A stretch of 64,000 nt of DNA, taken from assembly GCA_951406725.2 (NCBI GenBank), contig OX597816.1:140864001-140928000 (forward strand), given 5' to 3'. The position numbers were made by a program, and so were the translations under genes. The stretch is from Octopus vulgaris (Eukaryota). Positions 26,694-38,987 of this stretch are shown here, in pieces. Positions within the stretch are counted from its first letter, which is position 1, and each line of letters opens with the position of its first letter. The notes beneath the pieces are model-generated. The model made no database searches. It was not told where the DNA came from and worked only from the letters and a program-made list of their open reading frames with translations.

Positions 26694-26969
26694 TCATTTT
26701 GGGTTTTCACTAGATATTGACTTTCGTCTATGTTTCCTTCGCTTTTTGTGTGGTTTTGAGTTGTCACATGTATGAAGGATATTTTCGAATGCTTTCATTA
26801 AATGATCGTAACGTAAACTCCGATTGCTTGTGACATTCACCAGTTTTGTACTGTTCAAATAATACCATCTTGACCGAACATTATGCAGCTGACGATGTAA
26901 TCTTTTCAGGCCTTTTGCAATTTTTTCAATTTTCTGACAAAACCTTAGTTTCTTCTTCTTCCTTTTACA
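26694..26969 (-). CDS. Uncharacterised protein, terminal coding exon 7 (CKRKKKKLRFC...KKRRKHRRKSISSENPK*)
   Basis: T-tract + catgtttcag| acceptor, phase 0, 276 nt to TGA. Confidence 0.85.
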   Translation of the reverse strand, partial: CKRKKKKLRFCQKIEKIAKGLKRLHRQLHNVRSRWYYLNSTKLVNVTSNRSLRYDHLMKAFENILHTCDNSKPHKKRRKHRRKSISSENPK

Positions 26970-27176
26970 CTGAAACATGTAAAAAAAAAGTATTATTTTT
27001 TAATAATGACTTGCTAATGGAGAAGGGCATTTTACAATGAAACATTCACTAGGAAACTAGTCAAGTGACTACAATTTAATTGGTCTTTATAAAATATTAG
27101 AATCACAAGATTAATTCAAAATGTTAAACTAAGCGAGGGCATTAAATTCAGGGGCGTATATTCCGGGTGTGCTAGG

Positions 27177-27244
<68 letters not shown>

Positions 27245-27248
<4 letters not shown>

Positions 27249-27465
27249 TATTCAGACAAATACATAACAAAAACACCAGGACTTACAAACACATATAACA
27301 TACAGAAAATTGCACTACTAGGCACTGCACACATCCTACGCAGAACACTTTCCATACAATAACCATCAGAGCATCACAACAAATCACAGCACATACCCAA
27401 GGCACACAGAGCTGCGCTCGGTAGTGAAGTGAAAGCACGCTATAAAAATAAAACTACTGAATAAT
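27245..27465 (+). mobile_element. 3' end of an REL-endonuclease (R4/Dong-like) non-LTR element within (TAA)n
   Basis: Encodes IQKIALLGTAHILRRTL*; flanked by (TAA)n at 27181-27240 and 27461-27474. Confidence 0.7.
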
Positions 27466-27474
27466 AATAATAAT

Positions 27475-27800
27475 GAAATTATTGTATACAGTGCTCAGGT
27501 GCACCACAACTTGTCAGAGTATATGCAGTAATGTACAAATGTCTGGAAAGCGAACAATGCATGAGTCAGATACATGCTTGTGTGTGTATGGAGGGGAGAA
27601 AATCAGGTGTAGTGTTGGCGAATCTCAGAAAGCATGGAAGTTTTGAAGGATGCAGTGCTCCGACAACTAACAACTGATGCTGGCAGTTTGTTCCATGCTT
27701 CAGCAACTCTCAGCGTGAAAAAATGTTTCCTGAAGTCATGGGAGCTGTGCTGTTTTCTGACTTTGTAAATATGTCCACGGGTGTTAGATGGGTGGAGTAT
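27475..27800 (-). mobile_element. CR1/L2-like LINE 3' fragment
   Basis: TRGHIYKV...RKHFFTLRVAEAWNKLPASVV...SFK is the typical CR1-group ORF2 C-terminus. Confidence 0.8.
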
Positions 27801-29102
27801 GTGCTGCACACTCATTGAAAATGGTAAATTCCTTATAAATATTGACCTTACTCATTAATTTAATCATAAATCTTAATAGAAATCTTTCATTATACCCCTG
27901 CTTGAAATTTGGAAGCTTTGGGTGTGGCAGCACATCCAATATAACAACCACCATACACCACTGTGTAGATTCAGTATTCAACTTATACATGACATTATAT
28001 CTGAGGTTAAAAGTAGGTCTTTCTTTTATTCTTGTACTTGTTACAGTCATTTGACTGCAGCCATGCTGGAGTACCACCATAAAGGGTTTTTTAGTCAAAG
28101 AAATCTTCGTAAGCCCAGTACTTATTCTATCTTGGTTTGTAATAGCAGAAGTACCCCCATACAATACAGTTATGTGTGTATGTAAATTGTGCATTAGAGA
28201 GTCCATGAATATTCTTAGTTGATATGAGCCTACATCATTAAATAAGTTCTCGGATGCTATATTTTCGTGTAACCATAGATACCATTCAACATTGAACGTG
28301 TGCGTGTCTTTGTCATGTTTTTACTGAAAAAAGATTCAAAGTCCCAGTTTGAAGCAGATCAGGTTTGGCATGAAGTGTTGCTTGTGGATGACACCTAGAT
28401 GTGTAGAAGGTGAGGAAGGGGTGGTATCATCTACAAAGTAACAAGCATTGTTGGAGATGATAGCAAGTGTTTTAAGGAGAGAAAACATGCAGTGTGGTCT
28501 GTGATGAAAAAATGCAAATTACTTTACAACTAGATGATACCTTAGAATTATACATTGGAATAGATGGTGAAATTCACGCTCATAGTACATTTAATGAATG
28601 CTCAGTCAAAATACACCAGGCTTATGATATATGACTTATCACATTAATATTCCAAACATTCACCATCCTACCTATTTATTGTTTCTATCATAAATATATT
28701 AATAATGGTTGACGTGATAAAGAATGCAAACAGATTGACTCTTTTAATAAACCCACCTGAAACTACTCAGTTCTATGAGACAAACTTATTTTGTTAAAGA
28801 GATCTAAATTGAAACATTCCATCAAAATTTTATGTTAATTATTGTATTATACACCAGGTTAATAGATTTTTCATTATTTTCAAAATTAATTGAAACAAAA
28901 GCAGTGTATTTCATCAGAAATATGGAAACAAAAGGGTTAAACTGAGTGATACTTTTAGTGCTATTTCAAACTACCAAAAATGATATTATACTCTGGCAAA
29001 GTCTTTGAGAAAATACAAAATAAGAATTTAAGACGTAAGAAGAAACCAAGAGATTTTTTAACCAAAGAATTGTTATTCCTTGATGTACTGTGACCTACTT
29101 AC

Positions 29103-29206
29103 TCGCTCAGTTGCATGTTCAGCTTCTGATATAGCTTTTCCTGTTTGAATTTCCATTTGAGTGACATTTTCCCAAAGGCGTCGGGACCGAGTGGTTAGTG
29201 ATTTTT
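29103..29206 (-). CDS. Uncharacterised protein, coding exon 6 (EKSLTTRSRRLWENVTQMEIQTGKAISEAEHATER)
   Basis: atttacag| acceptor, |gtaagt donor, 104 nt, phase 1-0. Confidence 0.85.
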
Positions 29207-29832
29207 CTGTAAATAATTAAGAAACAAGAGAATAAATTAATTAGGGAGCAAAGCAAATATGAAAGGAAATGGTTACAAGATGATATTCCACATATTAACT
29301 TGTCTTTATTTGATTTGATTATTAATTAATTAATTTTTATTTTTATTTTTGTAAATTTCCAATACCAAAATTGTTGCCTGCGACTAATTCATGATTTTGG
29401 ACTCCTTAAGCTCCCTAAAACACTTCATGGGGTTTTAAGGGTTCTATGGGGACTAAAACTAATTTCTATAGAAAGAAAGAGAGAAATTAACCCTGCTATT
29501 GGACTGGATCTTTATTTATCAATTCTCAGTGGATGAAAAGCAAAGCTGACCTCAGCAGGATTTGAACTTAGATCATACAGATCTGTAATATTGCTTAGCA
29601 TTTTGTCTAATGCTCTATTAACTCTACCAATTTACTGCCTCTTGATAATAGATGCTAAGTTTATTAACTAAATTTAAATTTAGGAGTGGCTGTGTGATTG
29701 AGAAGTTTACTTTCCAATCACCTGGGTGTGGCACCTTGGACAAGTGTCGTCTACTATAGACCCAGATTGACCAAAGTACTTGTGAGTGAATTTTGTAGAG
29801 GCAACCGTATGGAAACCCTTAATATATATATA

Positions 29833-29874
<42 letters not shown>

Positions 29875-30916
29875 CATGTGTGTGTGTGAGTATGTGTATG
29901 TTTGTGTCACCTTGTCTTGATATCACATGATCATTGTAAATGTAAGTCATACATTTCAAGTATTCTGTGAAAACATGTTTGGCCAAAAAGAAATATTACT
30001 TTGCTTGGAAACAGGTAAGGGTTGATTGTAAGAAAGGTTTCTGGCCATAACAAATCTGTCTTGATAAACTCTGTCCAACCCATGCAAGCATGGAAAAGTG
30101 AGCATTAAAATTATGATAATAAAGTTCTGGTTTTAGAACCAGCTTTGTTTTGATCATGAAAGGAAAAAAAAATCTCTGAAAAGTAATTTTACTAATTTCA
30201 TTTCCATTTACTTGGCATCATTAATTAGCTTTAATTAGAATATCCTGTCATATGACATTGAAACATTAGAGCAGCAAGTTATTACTTTATAAATGAGAAG
30301 TTACCATTACTGGGACTATACCAGATGTCAGCTAAAATATTTTCAGAGCAGTACAACTGACAGCACGAATCAACATATAAATCTTTGAGCTTAACCCTTA
30401 TTTCAACTGTGAAGATTTGATGGTTTTTAACTTTCTTGTAACATCTCAAACTAATTCATCATCATCGTCATTCTTTAACATCCTTGTTCCATTTTGGCAT
30501 GGGTTGGACAGTTTAACAGGAACTGGCCAGGTAGAAGACTGCACCCTACTTCTGTGTCTGTTTTGGCATGGTTTTTTTATGGTTGGATGTCTTTTACGTG
30601 GCACCAGCACTGGCAGGGTCACCAAGTAACATTGCAAGACAAGGAAATTTTGAGAGGGGGTGATCTTGTGTAAGATGAGGATAGGTTAGAGTGTGACAGA
30701 GACAGAAATAAATGTCTGGCTGTAGAGGAGGTACATAGTTACCTGACCAGAGAGGGGGGGAAAGAGAGAGAGAGAGAGAGAGAGAGATACCAAGAAACAG
30801 GAGTGCTGCTGTAAAGAGGATACATGGTAACTTAGCCCATGGGTAAAGCAAGAAAAGGAGAGAGAAGGTGATCAATTCCTATTTTGCAATTTCTCAGACT
30901 ATGTTACACTCTAAGG

Positions 30917-31196
30917 CAGCAATTCTCAACGTAGGGCCTGAAAAAATTGTGGTAGGGCATGGTGCCATAGTTGTAAGGCACAAGGTCCTCATTAAAGTGA
31001 ATCACTTTATTTTCTTAGTCAATAGAGTACCTTTTTTGCACTCAGTATTTAATAAAAGAGTTACTAGTAGATTTTTGTATTAAATAATTATGATAAAATA
31101 TTAAAAATAAAGTTGTTTTTTCTCAACCACCAGTGAGGTATAGATTTTTCTAGAAAGTTATAGTGGGCCTGAGGGAAAATAGGTTGGGAAACACTG
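30917..31196. mobile_element. hAT (Charlie-like) MITE
   Basis: TIRs CAGCAATTCTCAAC / GTTGGGAAACACTG; 8-bp TSD CTCTAAGG (30909-30916) / CTCTAAAG (31197-31204). Confidence 0.8.
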
Positions 31197-31948
31197 CTCT
31201 AAAGGAATGTACTACAGTTTATAATAATTTGATTTGAGATGGTATCAAAATATTCACTGTGTCAATCTGGTTTTACATTCTCTACCATAATTTCGTTGTT
31301 CAATCCCAACGATTGAATCAACACATAGGTAGGATGGAAAATATTTGGAATATTGATGTGTGAAGCATTTAATATTATATCAGCATGAATTTTCACTTGG
31401 CTGTATGGTTAAGAAGTTTTCCTCCTAAATATATCAGTGTCGTTGCAGTCGTCATCATCATCATCATTATTATCATCATCATCATCAGTAGCAGCAGCAG
31501 CATTTAATGTCCATTTTCTCCATGCTCGCATGTGTCTAAAGGAATTTGTTGAAACAGATTGTCTACAGCCAGATGCTCCTCCTGTTGCTAAGTCTCACCT
31601 GTCTCCAAGGAAGATAATATTCTCCCATGGCCAGACATGTTCTCACAGAATATTGGAAGTGAATGACACTGCTCGTGTGAGAGCGACACTTGTTTACAAC
31701 TATCATGTGATGTCAAGATAAGTCCATTCCCAGTTATTATTGCATATATTCTTTCATTCTTTTACTTGTTTCAGTTGAAGAAATCAACCCCAGGACTTAT
31801 TCTTTGTAAGCCTAGTACTTATTGTATTGGTTCCTTTTGCTGAACTGCTAAGTTACAAGGCCATAAATGCACCAGCATTGGTTGTCAATAATGGCAGGGG
31901 AACAAACACAGACATATACACATAAATACATACATATATATATATATA

Positions 31949-32454
31949 CTAGCAGTATCGCCCGGCGTTGCTCGGGTTTGTAAGGGAAATAACTATATAA
32001 GCATTTTTAGAGAGTTACTTCCCTTATAAATTCGGGCTTTCTTAGCCATTTTTATTTTGGTGTCTTCAAGCCATGAAGTCGTTGTTCTAAAAGAACGCTG
32101 GTTTCCTTCACAACGCATTACGACGTTGATTTCTTTACACTCCCTTCCCCACAGCTTCACGAGGGAGGGAAGGGGGAGAAGCAAACAGGTGCAGCTGTGA
32201 GCGTGGACGCCAACTCCGCCGCCATCGACATACGATGCATTTTATGCATTAAAATGGAATAAAAAATGATGTTAAATTATTTTTAAAATCGTAGACTCAT
32301 CGTTGATGCGCGCTAATAGTCAGACGGGCTCGATATGAATCACGACTATAAGATACCCGAATTTGGTTAAACTGCACCGCAAAATGTGGGAGGAGTTAGG
32401 AATCTAAATCGAAGGGGACAGACACTCACACAACTAGAGTTTTATATATATAGA
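31949..32454 (-). mobile_element. Non-autonomous Helitron
   Basis: On -: A|TC...CCCGAGCAACGCCGGG hairpin...CTAG|T, no TSD, CpG-rich. It interrupts the (TA)n of a family-A SINE (31760-31948 / 32455-32515). Confidence 0.85.
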
Positions 32455-32527
32455 TATATATATATATATGATGGGCTTCTTTCAGTTTTCACCTTACCAC
32501 ACAGCCATGCCTTTGCCTATATATGTA

Positions 32528-33440
32528 TATTGGGTCATCCCATAAATAATGCAGTGTTTACACTTCTTTTATTTTTCAAAATTAAGATAAACAAAGTTCT
32601 TTTTTAATCTAAAATATATTCTCCTTCATTTTTGACAATGTTCTTCCATCTATCTAGTAGACTTGCAAGGCCCTTATTCCAAAATTCACTTGTCCCTGAT
32701 GAAAAATACTCCACCAGTACAATTCTGACCTTGTTTACAGAATTCATATTTTTTCCATCCAAATGATTTTGAAGACTGCAGGAAAAAAATGATAATCAAT
32801 TGGGGCAATATCCAGCAAAAATGGTGGGTGAGGCATTGTTTCCCATTCAAACTGCTTCAGCCTTTGGAATGTCATCCTTGCTGTATGTGGCTGAGCATGA
32901 TCCTGATGGAAGAAAACTTTTCATCTTGAAACCAAAGATTGTTGTTTTTCTTCTAGCACCAGTGTTGATGAAGGGTTGAATGATTGAATCCAAGCTTCTC
33001 TGGTGGTTTCTCAACAGTTACAATGGGATTTTGTTCCACCAGGGTTTGCAGGATGTCCTCGTTGAGCTCTATAGATCTTCCAGGATGACACTCATCTTCT
33101 GGACTGTAGTTTCTGGCTTGGAATTCCTGGAACCACCATTGACACTCACTTATGCTTATCGTCCAATCCCCATATACTGCATTAATATTCCTTGCACTTT
33201 CTGTTGTGTTGTTACTTTTATTAAACTCACAAAGCAAAATATGCTGAATATGCTCCTTTGTCACTTCCATGATAGTTTTGAAAAAATAACTGTTTAAAAC
33301 TAACTGCACTCTTCAAAACTTGCACTATGAATTACTACTTGCTTTTGTCACGAGTTGATGCAGGTTGTTTATCCCATTCCCCTCTGACTTTTAGTTCATG
33401 CAATTGAAAAAATCACATTATTTCTAGGTTGACCCGGTAT
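32528..33440 (-). mobile_element. Internally deleted mariner element
   Basis: TIR-like ends TATTGGGTCATCCCATAAATAATG / CATTATTTCTAGGTTGACCCGGTA. N-terminal HTH ORF 32953-33309 is joined to a C-terminal remnant (PHTARMT, PHPP..DIAPIDYH). Confidence 0.85.
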
Positions 33441-33944
33441 ATATATATATATATATAGTATTAATAATGATCAGGAGAATGGAGATTTTCCACATCTATA
33501 ATTTTATTGCACAGTTATTTACAGCATTTTTTCATGGACCTATGCACATTTCAACTGTATCAACTGTACACTGTCAGATATGCATCCTGGTGCCATGGTT
33601 GGTACAGTTTCATCAAGGTTCATTATTTACTGCCATTTGAAGTGAAGCTGAAGGAATCAGCAAGCTGAGAGAATAAAGTGATTCTTCAGAGGTATTGGTA
33701 ATACTACAAATAGCTGTAGTATCATGGTTTACCTCTGATAAGTGTGGTAGTTAAAGTGAGATACAGTCTTAAAAATAGGTCACGGTTAGATTAAAAGTTT
33801 GCACAGATTCATTAATACTATCAAAAAGTTTGCTATACTACTCATTTCAAGGAGAATATTCTTATTTTTAGAAGTATTCAATTAATTTTGATTTATTATT
33901 TGTTTTTGTTTTCACAATCGTTATATGCACCAAGTGTAAGCAAT

Positions 33945-35217
33945 GGACACATAAGAGGTGCAGCAATGTCAAAGGAAGGCTAACTAGGAAGATAGTTTTT
34001 GTATGTGGCAGATGCTCAGGAGCAATAAACACTGAAAATGCTCAGAGAACAACTTCCGCCTCATTCCAGGGAGAAAAACTAGAAATTGTTGATAGCTTCC
34101 GTTACCTAGGTGACCAAGTCAGTAGCAGGGGCGGGTGTGCTGAAAGTGTAACTGCAAGAGTCAGAATAGCCTGGGCAAAGTTCAGAGAGCTCTTACCTCT
34201 GCTGGTGACAAAAGGCCTCTCGCTCAGAATAAAAGGCAGACTGTATGACGCATGTGTACGAACAGCCATGCTACATGGCAGTGAAACTTGGGCCGTGACT
34301 GCTGAGGACATGCGTAAGCTCACAAGAAATGAAGCCAGTATGCTCCGATGGATGTGTAATGTCAGTGTTCATACTCAACAGAGTGTAAGTACCTTGAGAG
34401 AAAAGTTGGACCTAAGAAGCATCAGTTGTGGTGTGCAAGAGAGGCGTTTGCGCTGGTATGGTCATGTAGCGAGAATGGATGAAGATAGCTGTGTGAAAAA
34501 GTGCCACACCCTAGCGGTTGAGGGAACCTGTGGAAGAGGTAGACCCAGGAAAACCTGGGACGAGGTGGTGAAGCACGACCTTCGAACATTAGGTCTCATC
34601 AAGGAGATGACCAGAGACCGAGACCTTTGGAAGTATGCTGTGCGTTGGAAGACCCGGCAGGACAAGTGAGACCATAACCCATGGCCTCTACCTGGGACAT
34701 AGCCAGTCCCCTTATGCATACCTTTCCTTCTTGTGACACAAACCCTATGTGTGAAGACCTGTTGAGGAAAATGAAAATGAAAATGAAAATCAAAATCGAT
34801 CAACATCAATGGAAATTGTAGCTGTGATACCAGTGCCGATGGCACGTAAGAGAACCATCCGAACGTGGCCGTTGTCAGCGCCCCCCCACCGACTGGCCTC
34901 CGTGCCAGTGGCACGTAAAATGCACCATCCGATTGCAGCCATTGCCAGCCCCGTCTGGGCCCCGTGCCGGTGGCATGTAAAAAGCAGCATCCGATCATGG
35001 CCGTTTGCCAGCCTCATCTGGCACCTGTGCAGGTGGCACGTAAAAAGCACCCAGTACACTCACGGAGTGGTTGGTGTTAGGAAGGGCATCCAGCTGTAGA
35101 AACTCTGCCAGATCAGACTGGGCCTGGCGCAGCCTTCTGGCTTCCGAGACCCCAGTTGAACTGTCCAACCCATGCTAGCATGGAAAACGGACGTTAAACG
35201 ATGATGATGATGATGAT
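33945..35217 (+). mobile_element. RTE LINE 3' fragment with repeat-containing tail
   Basis: ORF 34205-34669 (LHGSETW, RLRWYGHV, RGRPRKTW). The tail has ~55-65-bp GTGGCACGTAAAA subrepeats, a CCATGCTAGCATGG palindrome and (TGA)n. Confidence 0.9.
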
Positions 35218-35365
35218 TAAATTCAATATATTTATTTGAATTGCTTAAAAGTATATTTATTTGCATGAAGACACCTTAAACCACATACTTGCCTAGTGTT
35301 TATCAGATAAAATTTAGAAGTGAAAATTTGGTACATTTCCTCAACACATAAGTCGCATTGTTTAC

Positions 35366-35441
<76 letters not shown>

Positions 35442-35839
35442 CTTTTATTCTTTTACTTGTTTCAGTCATTTGACTGCAGCCATGCAGGAGCACCACCTTT
35501 AGTCAATCAAATCGACCCCAGGACTTATTCTTTGTAAGCCTAGTACTTATTGTATCGGTCTCATTTGCCCAACTGCTAAGTTACAGCGACATAAACGCAC
35601 CAGCATTGGTTGTCAAGTGATGTTTGGGGGACAAACACATAGAGATGAATACAAACACACATACATATATATGTATGTGTGTTTGTGTTCTTTCAGTTTC
35701 TGTCTACCAAATCCACTCACAAGGTTTTGGTCAGCCTCCTGAGGCTATAGTACAAGACACTTGCCCAACATGCCATGCAGTAGGACTGAACCCAGAACCA
35801 TGTGGTTCGTAAGCAAGCTACTTACCACACAGCCTCTCC

Positions 35840-35871
<32 letters not shown>

Positions 35872-36423
35872 TTCACACAATAATAAGGATTCTTGAGAGA
35901 ATCAGGTACTTGAATGATAGGGTTGAGTTAACCTGTGATCACCTTTAGTCAAATAAATATCCAGTAAAATATTCAGGTTGTGTACACAGAGAAAACCACC
36001 CCTATACATATTTAGCACCTGGGGACTGGTTCAAAGCACACATTTTGTTGATCATACATTGTTTGGTATACTCTAGGATGACCAATATCTCATGAATCCC
36101 TTTGGTATATTATGAGCAAATGAATAACAATAGGTGATGGATAAATGTCAGTTCATTACAACTGTTTCTTACACATTTTAAATGGATGAATGAGTACATT
36201 ACATCATTTCAAAAAACCATATTCATCAGATGATACATATAATTTCAAAACAACATAAGAACACTCCATGAACACCATCAGAACATGATTGTTTTGAAAT
36301 TATATGCATCATCAATTGAATAAGGTTTTTTGCAATGATGTAGTGTACTCATTCATCTATTAAAAATGTGTAAAAACAGCTATAATAATCTGATATAGTT
36401 ATTCATTTGTGATATTACATTAA

Positions 36424-37213
36424 AGAGACTTGTTTGGTAAAGCTGGAACAATGTGGGAAGATATAAAGTAAACTACAAAAAGAAAGCAATGTAAAATTGG
36501 AGTTTTACCATATATTTCTACATATCAGGATTATGGCATCTCCTTCAGGACATGTGGATGAGTGAGGGGTTACTCAGATGTGCTGGGGAGGATAGTGACA
36601 TGTGCAGACTGGTGTTGCTTTATGTTGCTCTTTTCTGTTATAGCTGGTCTCAGTTAGTTGATAAGGTGAGCCTCTATGATTCTGTGATTGTCTCTATTGT
36701 GTTGATTTGTCCTGATGGATACCATAAAATCCTGCCACTGCACTTTTGTAGGTGGTTTTTTACTTAAATGTCGGTGAGCATCCTATACTGGGAGCACCAC
36801 TAGGAAACTGCATGTTTGTATCAAGGAACATTTACAGACAGACACTTCAAACAAAAAATTCAACAGAAGTGCCAGATCCAGGATTTCACAGTACCCATCA
36901 AGGCCACTCAGTGTAATAGAGACAATCTTAGAATAATGAAGGCCCTCCTTATCAACAAATTGAGACCACCTATAAACAACAGAAAAGAGCTACAAGAAGC
37001 AGAATGGTTACTAAAACAACACCAGCCTGCACATGTCATAGCCCTCACCCACATATCTGAGCAATGACCTTTTTTCCATCCTTTGTTTGTCCTGAAGAAG
37101 AGGTCATAATCCTCCAAAATAGAAATATAAGGTAAAACTCCAATTCTGTTCTGTTTTCTTTTCATAGTTTACATCTCATCTCACATTATTCAGGTCTTAC
37201 CCAACAAGTCTCT
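36424..37213. mobile_element. Two diverged Penelope-like 3' ends in inverted arrangement
   Basis: The + arm encodes a GIY-YIG remnant (YTGSTTRKLHVCIKEH...LRIMKALLINKLRPPINNRKE). 36424-36780 is its reverse complement; outer ends AGAGACTTGTTTGGTAA / TTACCCAACAAGTCTCT. Confidence 0.75.
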
Positions 37214-37587
37214 TAAATATTTATCCAGAGGAAAATGTAATTCTCACCAGCTATATAAACCTACAGCTTTTTCACTTATAACTAGTTTGATAAGTGCCAA
37301 CACACAAAACTCTCAGCCCTATATATAAATATTTGTGGGCCTTCTTTCAATTACTGTCTACTAAGTCTATTCACAAGGCCCTGGTCAGTCCAGGCTAAGT
37401 AGAAAACACTTGCCCAATTTCTCAAGGTGCTGTGCAGTAGGACTGAACACGAGACCACATAGTTGGGAAACATGTTTAATATCCATATGGCAATGTCATA
37501 GGCTGTATGATTAACAAGCTTGCATATATATATATATATTATATATATATATATATTATATATATATGTAAGAAAAAAGATATACTT

Positions 37588-37629
<42 letters not shown>

Positions 37630-38204
37630 TTACATTTGTGTGTGTGTATATATATATATATAGTCAAAATGAGGGTGAAAAAATTGGATATTGATTTAAT
37701 AACATCATTTTAACACCAGTGGTTTAGCGCAGTTTTCTCTATATATGTATATCTATATGTAAGTATATCTTTTTTCTTACATTTTTTATTTTTATTTTTT
37801 CAGTCTCTTTTGCCAAACTGCTAAGTTATAGGGATGTAAGCACACTAACACCAGTTGTCAAGCAGTGGTGTGGGACAAATGCATACACACATATACGATG
37901 GGCTTCTAGTTTCTGTCTATGAAATCTACTCACAAGGTTTTGGTTGGCCTGAGGCTATAGCAGGGGATACTTGCTCATGATACCATGCAGTGGGTCTCAA
38001 CCTTCTCTTTCATGTGGTTTACCTTACAGCTACTCATGTACAATTTATACACAAACATACATGAATACATTTTAAATACAATAACTGAAATTAAGGTCAT
38101 CTTGTCTTTTTGCTTTAACCTTAAAATAACAGTCATTGTGTTGTTATTATCAATGAAGGTCTTGATTTTGGCAGCTGCATATGAAAAAAAAATTGAATTG
38201 TTAC

Positions 38205-38394
38205 CTGGGACAGCATTTGCAAAAGGGTGGAATTCATACTCCAGATGATGTTTGCTTTTATCTTCTTTAACCATTTTTCTCATTCGTCGAACATCATTTT
38301 CATAACTTCTGATTTGGTAGAGAACCTCAGGGAAATTTTCAGCATTATAATCCTTGAATTTTTGGATATATTCTGCTGTGGAAACTCTAATGAG
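38205..38394 (-). CDS. Uncharacterised protein, coding exon 5 (LIRVSTAEYIQKF...HPFANAVP)
   Basis: atttatag| acceptor, CAG|gtaaca donor, 190 nt, phase 0-1. Confidence 0.85.
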
Positions 38395-38627
38395 CTATAA
38401 ATTATAAAATACAAAATGAATGAAGAAACTGCTGTGATTTTGAAACTTGAAATGATTGCTTGTTGAAATCTGCATGTGATGTGTGCATGTGTGTGTGTGT
38501 GTGTGTGTGTATGTGTGTGAGAGAGAGAAAGTGTACATACACCCCAAAAAAGATAATACATCAATCATAGACATACATAATATCAATCACAATATACAAT
38601 ACATAGATCATTCATACAAGATGAGTG

Positions 38628-38671
<44 letters not shown>

Positions 38672-38749
38672 GATGTAAAAGAATATTACATAAGAGTTTT
38701 TTTAAAATCCAGGTAGGATGGTGTCTACAGTTCTTATTTAAAACTTCAG

Positions 38750-38987
38750 TAAACCCTCTAGCCCTGTATTTTGTTATTTATATTGAAATATATTGACTTT
38801 GTTTCTATTAATTAATAAGAAAAAATGAAGAATTTATTAAAATAAATTTGTCATTATTAAGCTGGTGTTTGGAACAAATTAACAAGAAATTTTGATGGTA
38901 GGCTTTTAAATTAGTTCACTTTCAAATGGGAAATTTGTATCATAGAACTAAGGACAGTCTCAGACAGGTTGGTATCAAAAGGGTTAA
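38750..38987. mobile_element. piggyBac-like MITE, second family
   Basis: Ends AAAAGGG|TTAA. Related copies at ~28735-28940 (inverted) and a split copy at ~61930-62587. A third TTAA-bounded element lies at 43491-43735. Confidence 0.65.

Noticed and set aside
33540-33770. Diverged inverted repeat with a possible hammerhead relic
   Set aside because: Pairing is patchy and the core motifs are too degenerate to call by eye.
34810-35060. ~55-65-bp repeated units (GTGGCACGTAAAA..CACC) resembling a repeat-spacer or CRISPR-like array
   Set aside because: They are degenerate tandem subrepeats of the RTE 3' tail, present in many copies; the 'spacers' are mutually similar and the context is eukaryotic with no cas genes.
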